From Planctomycetota bacterium (GTDB taxonomy: Bacteria; Planctomycetota; GCA-002687715; CAIWVZ01), in the NCBI GenBank assembly GCA_044222185.1, contig JBGANV010000005.1, positions 256,001 through 320,000 of the forward strand: DNA of 64,000 nucleotides, in the 5' to 3' direction. This document shows, in pieces, positions 36,495 to 46,800 of the stretch (positions within the stretch are counted from its first letter, which is position 1; each line of letters begins with the position of its first letter). A model generated the notes under the pieces. The model made no database searches, was not told the origin of the DNA, and saw only the letters and a program-made list of their open reading frames with translations. Position numbers and translations under genes: made by a program.

Positions 36495-38369
36495 ATGCTC
36501 ACTCGCCAGCGTTTCGCAGCCGGTCTCGCAATCTGGCTCGGACTCCTCTCCGCCACACCGGTCGCCTCCGGGCAGACCGCCGGCGATGGACCGTACTGGA
36601 CCTCGATCCCAACCCCCGCCAACTTCGTGAGCCTGCAGGGACTCGGCTCGACGATCTACCTGCGAACGCTCACGGACGTGAGCTTCTACTCCGGCATCAC
36701 GCACAACTGGACGGTCATCCCGATCTCCAGCCCCACGGTGAGCGTGTTCAACGACTACGCCATCGTTCGCGACGGCAACACGATCTGGGGCTACTCGAAT
36801 CGCACGGGGCAGGCTCAAGCGATCACGGTCACCGCATCAGCCGTGATCACGAACGGCCCGGCCTCGTCGTCGTGGATCTGCGTGGTGCGTGACGGGGCGA
36901 CGCTGTATGGATTCGGCGCGTTCAATGGCACGTGGGCGCAGACCACGGCCGCGTCGAGCACGACGACGATCGCCGCCGGTTCGTATGTTGCCGTCGTCGA
37001 GGACGGCACGAACGCGTACGCGATCGGAGCCCACCAGGGGACCTGGGTCTCGACTCCCGCGCCCGGCGTCACGGTGTCGGCCGGTGGGCTCATGGGCGCG
37101 GCGCTCGACGGCGCCACGATGCAGTGCTTCTCGTCACGGTGGAACACCTGGGTCTCGCAGCCATTCACCGGGACCGGCGCGCCCACGTTCAAGGACGAGT
37201 TCTGCTTCGTGCAGAGCCCGGGCCAAACCGTGGCCTACAGCGCGTTGACCAACGGCTTCACGTCGATCACCTACCCGTCAGGTATTCCATCAGGCACGAT
37301 CCACAACCGCTGCGTCCTCGGAGTCATCAGCGCGAACACGATCACGCTGTACGCGCCCGGCACCGGTGTGACGGCGACGCTGACGACGCCCAACGCACCG
37401 CTGTCACAGATCAACGCCGAGTTCATCCTGGTCGACGACGGCGCCGGCATCACGGCGTTCTCCGGATTGACCGGTCACGTCTCGCCCTACCTCCCCGGAA
37501 CGTTCACGTTCACGTTGAACGAGGATGTGGCCTACGCCCAGGGCTCGAGCGGCTCGTTCGCCTACAGCGCGATCACGGGGAACTGGACGCCGGCGCCCGC
37601 GGTGACGCCGACGCAGGTCCAGACCGTCCGCAACGCGATCATCCTCGCGACGCCGACCGGATACGAAGCCTTCGCCGCACGCTACGACAGCTGGTCGTCA
37701 CTCGTGACCGCCACTCCGAACACGTTCGTCACGTCCTCCGTCGGCGCCACGTTCTGCGCCATCGACGGCTCGACTGTGGCCGCTTTCGACACGCGGCTCG
37801 GCCGTTGGAACTCCAAGACACTCGCCGCCCCGTTCGCCCAGGGAAGTGTCTGGCGCATGACGTTGATCGTTCAGGATGGCGTGAACCTCTACGGCTTCAG
37901 CCAGCTCAACGACGTGTGGGACCAGATCCCCTTCACCGGCCCCCTCTCCCAGTTCACGGCGAACGACTCCATCGCCTGGGCGCGAACCGCCACGGACATC
38001 CACGTCTATGCGCCCAACGGCTCCTTCTCGACGATCTCCCGGTTTGCCGAATTCACGCGCATGCAGTCGCGCGGGACGCCGCTCCGCCTCGTGCAGACGG
38101 GCCAGGTCGGCAGCCAGGTCGAGATGGCCCTTTCGCTCGGCCGGGCCTTCATCCCGCTCGGGTCACTCGGAACCGTCGTCGTCGATCCGAACCAGCTCGT
38201 CGGCATCCTCCCCCTCGGAACGATCGGTTCCAGCGGGGCGCTCGACGTCTCCATCCTCGTCCCGACCGACCCCTCGCTGAACGGGCTCCAGATCTTCCTG
38301 CAGAACGTCGTGACGCCGCCCACGGGTCCGATCTACGTCTCGAACGGGGTCGCTCCCGTGATCATCTGA
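36495..38369 (+). CDS. Secreted tandem-repeat (beta-propeller-like) protein with shared C-terminal domain
   Basis: Signal ...PVASG|Q; about 13 repeats of ~38-40 aa with core [AG][FY]S..TG.W; C-terminus ...VPTDPSLNGLQIFLQNVV...GPIYVSNGVAPVII. Confidence 0.82.
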   Translation: MLTRQRFAAGLAIWLGLLSATPVASGQTAGDGPYWTSIPTPANFVSLQGLGSTIYLRTLTDVSFYSGITHNWTVIPISSPTVSVFNDYAIVRDGNTIWGYSNRTGQAQAITVTASAVITNGPASSSWICVVRDGATLYGFGAFNGTWAQTTAASSTTTIAAGSYVAVVEDGTNAYAIGAHQGTWVSTPAPGVTVSAGGLMGAALDGATMQCFSSRWNTWVSQPFTGTGAPTFKDEFCFVQSPGQTVAYSALTNGFTSITYPSGIPSGTIHNRCVLGVISANTITLYAPGTGVTATLTTPNAPLSQINAEFILVDDGAGITAFSGLTGHVSPYLPGTFTFTLNEDVAYAQGSSGSFAYSAITGNWTPAPAVTPTQVQTVRNAIILATPTGYEAFAARYDSWSSLVTATPNTFVTSSVGATFCAIDGSTVAAFDTRLGRWNSKTLAAPFAQGSVWRMTLIVQDGVNLYGFSQLNDVWDQIPFTGPLSQFTANDSIAWARTATDIHVYAPNGSFSTISRFAEFTRMQSRGTPLRLVQTGQVGSQVEMALSLGRAFIPLGSLGTVVVDPNQLVGILPLGTIGSSGALDVSILVPTDPSLNGLQIFLQNVVTPPTGPIYVSNGVAPVII

Positions 38370-38397
38370 CGTCGCTCGGATCACGCGTCGTTCTCGC

Positions 38398-38430
38398 GAA
38401 GGTGGGGGCCCGCCCGGGTCGCCCACCTTC
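38398..38430 (+). terminator. GC-rich stem-loop between the repeat-protein gene and the cobN-like gene
   Basis: GAAGGTGGG...CCCACCTTC inverted repeat with inner GGCCC/GGGTC pairing. No U-tract, so it may be a stabilising or processing hairpin rather than a terminator. Confidence 0.4.
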
Positions 38431-38448
38431 TGCCGTCTCAGAGACTTC

Positions 38449-41400
38449 ATGAAACCGACCCCAATCGCCCGCGCAGTCCTGCTGCTGGGGCTCGCCGCGC
38501 TGACGGCGACGGCTCAAGACACGGAGCCAGGACGTCCCCTCGTGGCGCTGCTCGGCCTGCATGGGGGTGTCGCCGAGCGACTTCGTCCCGCGCTCGAATC
38601 CGTCGGGCTCGACGCCTGCGACCTGAACGAGGAGGGGCTCCTCGTCGACGCCGCGCCGCTTCGACGCACGGGCGTCGTCATTCTCCAGACGCTCCGCGGC
38701 GAGCGCGCCGCTGCCATGCAGCGCGTGTTCGACGCCGCGAAGGCCGCCAACCCGGCGATCCGTTTCCTGACCGTCTCTGCACCCGCGGCGGCGCAGGGAT
38801 CCGGGGCGCCGTCGAGTTCCCGACCCACGACACGGCGTTCCATCGTCGAGTCCGATCCCACGCTCTCCGCGTACTACGCCGGCGCGACCGAGGAGAACCT
38901 CCGACGGATGGCGGCGTACGTCGCCAGGTCGTACTTCGGTCGCCCCGTCGACGTCCAGCCGCCGGCCCCACGCACGACGGTCGGGCTCTGGCATCCGGAC
39001 CACGACGGGTTCTTCGCGGATGCACCAGCTTTCGAATCCTGGTCCGCATCTCGCCGCCTAACCGGAGCCTCGCCCCCACGCGTGGCGGTCGTCGTCCACG
39101 GCCTTCACCTCGAGTTCCAGGAACCGGAGGTGATTCGCGCGTTGATTCGCTCCCTCGAGGCCCGCGGAGCCGTCGCCGCCGCGATCGTCGACACGGCCGA
39201 AGGCCTCGCCAGCATGCGAGAGACGTACGAAGCCAACATCCTCGGCTTCGCGCCGGACGTCGTCGTGCATACCTGTCACGCGACGGACACGGTGTCCCTC
39301 CGAGAGAAACTCGACGTCGCCCACGTCCACTCGATCTTCTTCACCCGGGATTCCATCGACGAATGGCGAAAGAACCCGGTGGGCCTCGACCCGCACACCG
39401 TGGCATTCCAGATCCTCACGCAGGAGATCATCGGCGGGATCGAGCCGCTGATCGGCGGCGGAACGCGGCACGGTCACGGGTCTGGCGACGCCGTGGTGCC
39501 CATCCCCGACCGGATCGAGCACGTCACCGCCCGCGCCATGCGGTGGGCGACGCTGCATCGCAAGCCGAACGCAAAGAAGCGCGTGGCCCTCCTGTATTAC
39601 GACCGTGAGCTGGACCCCGCGGCCCTCATGCGCGGCTCGACGACCGGCATGTTCATGAACGCGCCGCGGTCGGTCGTCGCCCTCCTCCGGCGGCTCGCGC
39701 ACGAGGGCTACGCCGTGGATCCCATGCCTCGCGACGACTCCGAGTTGATCTCGTGGATGCAGCGCGGCGGGCGCCAGGTCGGGATGTGGGCGAAGGAGAC
39801 GCTCGCGCGCGAAGTCCGTGACGGGAACCCCGTGCTCATCCCCGTCGCCACCTACGCGCGATGGCTGAACGAGGATCTTCCGGCCGAGCGGCGCGCCGAG
39901 ATCCTCGCGCGCTGGGGACCGCCGCCGGGCGAGATCATGACGTGGACGGACGCACGCGGCAGCTTCATCGTCGTGCCGAGGATCGACCTGGGCGGCATCT
40001 CCCTCCTACCCCAGCCCCTCCGCGGCGAGGCGCAGGACCCCAGACTGCTCCACGACCAGTCGGTCCCACCGCCCCACAACTACCTCGCCACGTACCTCTG
40101 GCTCCGGCGCGAACTCGCGGCGGACGCGCTGATCCACTTCGGCACGCACGGCTCCGAGTTCTTCCTCCCCGGCAAGCGCGCCGGACTCGCGTCCGACGAC
40201 TGGTGCGAGATCCTACTCGGCGACCTTCCCAACATCTGCCCGTGGATCGTGAGCAACCTTGGTGAGGTGGGACCGGCAAAACGCCGCACGAACGCAGTCA
40301 TCGTGTCGCATGCGACGCCGCCCGTCGTCGAAGCCGGGTTGACGGACGCGGTGCAGAACCTGCATCAAGACCTGGAGAAGTTCCTCGGGCTCGAGGCTGG
40401 CGCGCTGAAGGAGGGCTTCCGCAAGTCGATCTCCGAGGCTGCGCGCGCTCAGCGGCTCACGACGGATCTCCACGTGCCACCTGGCGACGGGCTCCTCGAC
40501 GACGAGACGCTGAAGCGCCTCGACACGTACCTGCACGAGCTTCGCGAGGAGCGCACGCCCACGAGTCTGCACGTCCTCGGCACGTCGCCCTCGGACGACG
40601 TACTCGCAGCTTACGTCGTGTCGTGTCTGAAGCGAGCGTACCTGGATGCACTCGAGCCCTTGCTGCCGAAGGCTGGCGGTCACGAGAGCGGCGCGCTGGC
40701 ACCCAACGTCCAGAAGGCCGCCGTCCAGGTCGTCGACGGAGTCATCCGCCGCGGGCTCGATGCGGCCGCCGCGCTGAAGGCCGCGGGCATCGATCACGAC
40801 GGCCCGATTCCCGAGCGACTCGCGCGCTCGCTCGAACTGGCGAAGGATCTCGCGAGCCGGCTCTCCCGCGCATCCGAGGAGATCGACGGGATCGTCGCTG
40901 CGCTCAGCGGTCGCTTCGTACGTCCAGGGCCTGGCGGCAGCCCGGTTCGCAACCCGGCATCGGCGCCGGGCGGGCGCAATCTGTTCCTCGTCAACCCGGA
41001 GGAGATTCCAGCCCGTGCGAGCTTCGACCTCGGCCGCCGTCTTCTGGAAGACTTTCTACGCGAGTACCGCGCACGAACGGGCCACCATCCCACGCGCATC
41101 GCGTTCAGCCTCGCCGCGTCGTCCACGTTCCAGGACTACGGAGTTCTCGAATCGCAGGTGTTGGCCGCACTCGGCTGCGAGCCGATCTGGGACGAGAAGA
41201 ACGTGGTTTCCGACGTGCGCGTGATCCCGCGCCCGGAACTGGGTCGGCCCCGCATCGACGTCTTCCTTTCCGGCCAGCCGTTCTATCGCGACACGATGCT
41301 CTCTCGCATGACGCTTCTCGATCGCGCCGTGAGGAAGGTCGCCGATCTCGACGAGGCGGAGAACTTCGTCCGGAAGGAAACGGCGCGCATCGAGTCCGAT

Positions 41401-42495
41401 CTCGCCGAGCGGGGGGTGGACCCGACCCGCGCCAAGGTGCTCGCGCGTGCGAGGCTCTTCGGCGGCTCGCCCGACGGAACCAATGCCGGGTTCTCCTACT
41501 TCGTGGAGAAGTCCGGCGGATGGGACTCGCGGCAGGACGTCGCGAAGGCGTACATCGACGGCGTCCGTTTCGCCTACACCGACGGCGCGTTCGGCGTGGA
41601 GTCGCCCGAGGCGTTCGAAGCGGTCCTGAAGACGACGGACGTCGTCATGCGAACCTGGACCGATCCAGTCCGCAGCCCGCTCACCGACAAGTACGGCTGG
41701 CTGCGCGGCGGAGCGCTCGCACTCGCGGTCAAGCAGCTCTCCGGCCGGGAGCCCGAGTTCGTCCTCTCGGACGTGCGAGACGCGGATGCGGCTCGGACCA
41801 TCTCCGCGGAAGACGCGATCGCAGCCGACTTCCGCGTGCGTTTGTTCAACCGCAAATGGATCGAGGGAATGATGCGGGAGGGCTACGCCGGCGCCGATCA
41901 GATGTCGAATGCGACGTCGAACGCGTTCGGCTGGGCGACGATGCGTGAGGGCGCGATTCGCGCCGACGCCTGGGAAGAGCTGAAGAAGATCTACGTCGAC
42001 GACTCACTCGGGCTGCACATCCGCGAGTTCTTCGAGAAGGAGAACCCGCACGCGTTCCGGGAGACGCTCGAGATCCTGCTCGAGGCCGTGAACAAGGGTT
42101 ACTGGAACGCCAGCGCGGAAGTCACCGCCGACCTCGCACGAGCCCACCGCGAGAGCGTGGCTCGGCACGGCGAATCGAACGGGCTGCGCAGCGCGGGCAA
42201 CGACAAGCTCGACGCGTTCATCGCGCGGCATGCGGGCGCGCCTGGGAAGAATCCCGCTCCGACGACCGCGGCCCCGTCGCCGACGGCATCCGGGGCCCAC
42301 GCCCCGCCGAGCGCGCAGCCGGCACGGCCGATCGTCAGCGGGCCCAAGCTCGTCACGGCGCCGTCGCCGCCGCCCCGTTCCGAATCGGCCCGACCGCCGG
42401 GCGACTCGGACGGTTCTCCAAACCCATCCCTCGTCGTCGCGGGGGTCGCCATCGTCCTCTTGTTCGTCGCTGGGTTCCTGCTCGGAAGGCACTGA
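38449..42495 (+). CDS. cobN: CobN/Mg-chelatase-H family protein, exported and C-terminally anchored (HmuS/BtuS-like)
   Basis: Signal peptide; KPNAKKRVALLYY; PPHNYLATYLWL; HFGTHGSEFFLPGK; LGRPRIDV; FNRKWIEGMMREGYAG; GYWNA; Pro-rich linker then TM. Confidence 0.9.
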   Translation: MKPTPIARAVLLLGLAALTATAQDTEPGRPLVALLGLHGGVAERLRPALESVGLDACDLNEEGLLVDAAPLRRTGVVILQTLRGERAAAMQRVFDAAKAANPAIRFLTVSAPAAAQGSGAPSSSRPTTRRSIVESDPTLSAYYAGATEENLRRMAAYVARSYFGRPVDVQPPAPRTTVGLWHPDHDGFFADAPAFESWSASRRLTGASPPRVAVVVHGLHLEFQEPEVIRALIRSLEARGAVAAAIVDTAEGLASMRETYEANILGFAPDVVVHTCHATDTVSLREKLDVAHVHSIFFTRDSIDEWRKNPVGLDPHTVAFQILTQEIIGGIEPLIGGGTRHGHGSGDAVVPIPDRIEHVTARAMRWATLHRKPNAKKRVALLYYDRELDPAALMRGSTTGMFMNAPRSVVALLRRLAHEGYAVDPMPRDDSELISWMQRGGRQVGMWAKETLAREVRDGNPVLIPVATYARWLNEDLPAERRAEILARWGPPPGEIMTWTDARGSFIVVPRIDLGGISLLPQPLRGEAQDPRLLHDQSVPPPHNYLATYLWLRRELAADALIHFGTHGSEFFLPGKRAGLASDDWCEILLGDLPNICPWIVSNLGEVGPAKRRTNAVIVSHATPPVVEAGLTDAVQNLHQDLEKFLGLEAGALKEGFRKSISEAARAQRLTTDLHVPPGDGLLDDETLKRLDTYLHELREERTPTSLHVLGTSPSDDVLAAYVVSCLKRAYLDALEPLLPKAGGHESGALAPNVQKAAVQVVDGVIRRGLDAAAALKAAGIDHDGPIPERLARSLELAKDLASRLSRASEEIDGIVAALSGRFVRPGPGGSPVRNPASAPGGRNLFLVNPEEIPARASFDLGRRLLEDFLREYRARTGHHPTRIAFSLAASSTFQDYGVLESQVLAALGCEPIWDEKNVVSDVRVIPRPELGRPRIDVFLSGQPFYRDTMLSRMTLLDRAVRKVADLDEAENFVRKETARIESDLAERGVDPTRAKVLARARLFGGSPDGTNAGFSYFVEKSGGWDSRQDVAKAYIDGVRFAYTDGAFGVESPEAFEAVLKTTDVVMRTWTDPVRSPLTDKYGWLRGGALALAVKQLSGREPEFVLSDVRDADAARTISAEDAIAADFRVRLFNRKWIEGMMREGYAGADQMSNATSNAFGWATMREGAIRADAWEELKKIYVDDSLGLHIREFFEKENPHAFRETLEILLEAVNKGYWNASAEVTADLARAHRESVARHGESNGLRSAGNDKLDAFIARHAGAPGKNPAPTTAAPSPTASGAHAPPSAQPARPIVSGPKLVTAPSPPPRSESARPPGDSDGSPNPSLVVAGVAIVLLFVAGFLLGRH

Positions 42496-42498
42496 TTC

Positions 42499-43083
42499 AT
42501 GTCTGGCATCGAGACCATCCTCTTCGGCATCGCGAACGCGCTGCTCTATCCGTGCCTCGTCGTCCTGCTCACGCTGTTCGCGTCCACGATCTTCTGGCTG
42601 GGCGGCTTCGCGCGCGAGGCTCTGGCTCGGCGGAGCACGGCGGCGGAGGTTCGTCGCATCGCAGAGGCCATTGCGCCTCCCACACGGCCCGCCCGCCTGC
42701 CGAAGAGGTGGAGCGCGTTGCTCGACGTCCTCGCTCGACCGGGCGTGAGTGCTCTCGATCTGGAGAAGTTCCTCGTCGACTCCGAGCACGACATGAGCCG
42801 CCGTGTGGAGCGCGTCTCCCTCGCCGCGAAAATCGGTCCCATGCTCGGGCTCGCCGGCACGCTGATTCCGCTCGGCCCCGCGCTGCGCGCCATGGGAGCG
42901 GGCTCGGTGTCGGAGCTCGCGCACGATCTCATCGTCGCGTTCGCGGCGACCGTCGTCGGCCTCGCCGTCGCCGGTCCCTGCTTCTGGATGGCCACGGCCC
43001 GCAAGCGCTGGTACGAGCAGGACCTGGCCCACATGGACCTGGTCGCACGTCGCGCCCTCGACGCACGGGAGGCCTCGCGATGA
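42499..43083 (+). CDS. MotA/TolQ/ExbB proton channel family protein (HmuU-like)
   Basis: KIGPMLGLAGTLIPLGPAL...LIVAFAATVVGL...RKRWYEQDL. Confidence 0.9.
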   Translation: MSGIETILFGIANALLYPCLVVLLTLFASTIFWLGGFAREALARRSTAAEVRRIAEAIAPPTRPARLPKRWSALLDVLARPGVSALDLEKFLVDSEHDMSRRVERVSLAAKIGPMLGLAGTLIPLGPALRAMGAGSVSELAHDLIVAFAATVVGLAVAGPCFWMATARKRWYEQDLAHMDLVARRALDAREASR

Positions 43084-43403
43084 AAACCAGCCTGCGTGGA
43101 ACCAGGCGCCGAGTGGGCCGCGACCTCGGCGACGATCCGTTCGCCATGCTCGTGAATTTCTTCGACTGCTCGATCGTGTTCGCGCTCGGCTTCATCGTCG
43201 CGCTTCTGGCGCGAGCACCGTCGGCCATGTCCCCGTCGACACCGCCCGGGTCGACACAGGCAACGGCCGGCAACCTGGCCGACGCGCAGAAGGCTCCGCT
43301 GAAGCCCACCTCCGACACGGCCACCGGTCCCGGCCAGCGTCTCGGCGTCGCCTATCGCCTGGACAACGGCGACGTCGTCTACGTCCCGGACATCCCTCGC
43401 TGA
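43080..43403 (+). CDS. DUF2149 domain protein (HmuV-like)
   Basis: ATGA overlap with the upstream gene; DDPFAMLVNFFDCSIVFALG; GQRLGVAYRLDNGDVVYVP. Confidence 0.9.
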   Translation: MKTSLRGTRRRVGRDLGDDPFAMLVNFFDCSIVFALGFIVALLARAPSAMSPSTPPGSTQATAGNLADAQKAPLKPTSDTATGPGQRLGVAYRLDNGDVVYVPDIPR

Positions 43404-43828
43404 CGGACGCGCGACCGGCGCGCCTTCGCGATCTTCGGAACGTCGAGGACCGTCGAGGACCGTCACAACGGCGGAACGCTACTGCCGTCTCGGGGCGGAG
43501 CGCCACGTCCACCGCCGTCTCGGCGGGGACTGGCGCGATCGCCGCGCGTCACGCGCGGGCCAGCTGGCGTGGCATGCGGCTCGATGCGAGATCCCCAACG
43601 CCCGTCTGATCACCGAATGCCCAACGGCCAAGCCACGTCGGCCGGCCCGGGCTCCTCGGCTGCGCCTCGGTAGCCCGGCGATCCTGCCGGTCGCGCCTCC
43701 GCTGTCGCGTCGGGTCGACAGGCGCCCCGTCGCGCCCACCTCGGTGGCGGCTGTCGAGGAGGAAACGCCTCACGGAATTCGCGGATGGGCCCGAGCCCGC
43801 GTGATCTGCCGTGAAGCAACGGAGCGCG

Positions 43829-46800
43829 TCATCGGACGCCTGATCGCGTGACGGGCGCGGGGAAGATGAGCAGACGCGGCGGGGAGTCGTCGGGCTGAGA
43901 CACGAGCTGTTCTGCGGCGCCGTCGCCGTCCAGGTCGCAGCGAAGGACCGCCGTGGCGCACTCGCCGGGAAGCTGGAGCGAGAAGATCTCCTGCCCGCTG
44001 CGGCCGGAGAGGACGCGCAGGGGGTGGACGCCGGGCGTCGGTGGGTCGTCGGGAATGGGGTCCTGCACGGCGACATCGACGAAGCCGTCGCCGTCCAGGT
44101 CTCCGGCGTTCAGGATGCGCCCCCGGCGATGCGGGAACCGGAACTCCCGGGTCCACAGCGGCTCGCTCGAAGCGGCGCCGATCAGCGCCACGCGGTGTTC
44201 GTGTTTCCCGGGCCCACCGCCGCTCGAGACCACGAACTCGGGGAAACCGTCACGGTCTCCGTCGCCGCTCGAAAGGACGCCTCGCCGGCCCGATTCGCCA
44301 GCCGGAAGAGGAATGCGGCGGAGCACGGTGCCGGCACCCGACGAGACGACCTCGATCCAGGACCCGACGGTGAGCGCGATGTCCCTCTTGCCGTCGCCGT
44401 CCGCGTCACCGACGGCCTGGACCGGTGGATCGGACCGCTCGGCGGAGAACGTCCGGAGTACAGCACCCATTCGGGGCGACACCACCCGGACCTCACATCC
44501 CCGCTCGGCCTCGGCAACGACCGCCAGCTCCGGAATCCGGTCGCCGTCGAGGTCATCGAGAGCGGCGACGTGGCGGCCGAACCGGCTCGATGCGACGGTC
44601 CCTTCGAGCGTTCGGAGGACGCGACCGTCAGCCCCGGAGACGATCATGACGGCACCGCAGTCGGTCCCTTCGCCGCCGTCGAAGCCCGGGGCGCCGACGG
44701 CGAGGTCCGGATGCCCGTCGGCGTCCACATCGCCGAGGACGACCATCGCTGAACCGAAACGGTCACCTGCGTGGCCCCCAGGGATCGTGAACCGACGCTC
44801 GAGCGTCGTCGCGTCGTAGACCTCGACCGCACCCGTCTGAAGCGGCGGCGTTTCCGGCGCCGCGGCGACGATCTCCGGACGTCCGTCTCCATCGAGGTCC
44901 ACGACGACCACCTGACGCCCGAACCCCGTGCCCACCCCGCCCGCAATCGATCGGAGCGGCGGCGAGGCGGCGCCATGCGCTTGCGCCTCCCGCTCGGTGC
45001 CGACGACCGGAGCGCTGACGGCCGCGGCCTCCGCTGCCGTCGCGGCGCTCGAAAACAGCATTCGCCGGGGCAGCGAGGACCAGATGCGGATCGTCTTGTC
45101 GGCCGATGCCGACGCGAGCCGGGTCCCATCAGGACTCCACGAGACCGAGCGGACGTCGCCAGTGTGGCCCAAAAGGACGGCGATCTCCTCCCAACTGGTG
45201 GTGCTCCAGAGGTGGATTTCCCCGGCCCGGTCTCCGCCCGCGAGCCGGGCGCCGTCCGGCGAGAAGGCCACGTCGAAAACGGGCTCCGCGAGGCCGCGGA
45301 GGTCGGCGATCTCCTCGAGGGTTGCGAGATCGATGATCCGTACCGAGGAGTCCTTGAACGCGATCGCGGCGCGGGACCCGGCGCGATCGATCGTGATCGC
45401 GACCGGTCCGGGTGCGATCGGGCGTGATCGCTCGTGCCCGGACGGCAGGTCGGTCACGATCAGCTCGCTTCGTGCCTTCGTTTCCTTGAACGCGATCTTC
45501 ACGCGGCCCGGCGCGACGGCAGCATCACCGACGCGGCCCGGCCACGCGACGTCGCCTGCCCACGACTCCGCGTCCCGCGGCTCTCGCGACACGGCTCCGC
45601 GGGCGACGTCGAACCTATGGACGTTGGGGATTCCGGCGATGATCGCGTTCCCGTCGAGGGACCATGCGATTCCTTCTGGCCTCTTCACGCCCCGGGTCAG
45701 GAGACCTCGTGGGCGCGCGGTCCACGGGCACCAGAGCCGGGCGGTGTCGTCCCACGCCAGTGTCACGAGACTGCGGCCGTCGGGAGCGAACTCGACGTCA
45801 TAGACGTAGGAGTCGTGGCCGCGTCCGACGCAGATGTCGTCGTCCTCGGCGAGGTCCCACACGCGGACCGACGTCTCCGTCGCCGCGGCGATCTTGCGGC
45901 CGTCCGGCGCGAGGACCAGCCGTCGGACCGGGGCCCCGAGGCCGAGCAACGAGCGAAGGTGGACGCCGCCGTCGACGCGCCAGAGATCCACACTGCCCGC
46001 GTCCGACCCCGTCGCGAGCTGGCGTCCGTCCGGAAACCACGTGATCGCGGTCACGGCCTGGTCGCGGCCGCGGAAGTACCTCTCCCGTTCCCCGGTCGTG
46101 CGCCGCAGGACGTGGATTCCCGGGTGCCTCGTCCCCACGGCGATGCGCTCGCCGTCCGGCGAGAAGGCGAAGGACCGCAGGGCCTCGGTGAAGGAGGCGA
46201 CGCGGCCGATCCTCTCCCCTGTGGCTGCATCGCTCATCGTGATGAAGCCGTTGATGTTCAGCGCCGGATCTCGGGCGGAATGGACGACCTGCGCTCCGTC
46301 CGGCGCAACGTCGGCGCAGTGATTCCCCTTCACGGCCAGACATGCGCCGGTGCCCACGCTCCAGATCCGCAGCTCGCGGGTCGTGGACAGCAACACGCGA
46401 TCGCCCGCAGGGAAGAACCGGACGGACCACGATGCCGTCGACTCGGGGACGTTGAAACTCTTCGTGACGTCGGTCTCGAGATCCCGAAGCTCGATGCTTC
46501 CACCGTCGTGCCCTGTGACGAGATATCGGCCGTCTCGGGACAGATCCAGGCTCGCGAGATGGGGGCCGGTTTCGATGGACTTCTGGATCCGGTACGTCTC
46601 GAGGTCGCGGAACTGGACGGAGCCGGAGCGGACTGCTGTGAGAACGAAGCGACCGTTCGCGGAGAACGTGACGTCGCCGCAGGCGTCGTCGCTTTCGCCG
46701 AGGACGAGATCGGCGGTATCGAGGCGACTCGCGAGGTGATCCCACTCCCAACCCCTGAGCACGGCCTCGGTCTGGGAGAGGAGCCGCGCCGCCTCCGCGC

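Noticed and set aside
36400-38449. Cobalamin riboswitch upstream of the cobN-like module or the repeat protein
   Set aside because: No B12-box or GGGAA...GCCCCCGC core is recognisable.
43441-43464. 10-bp tandem repeat CGTCGAGGAC
   Set aside because: Short slippage duplication with no evidence of function.
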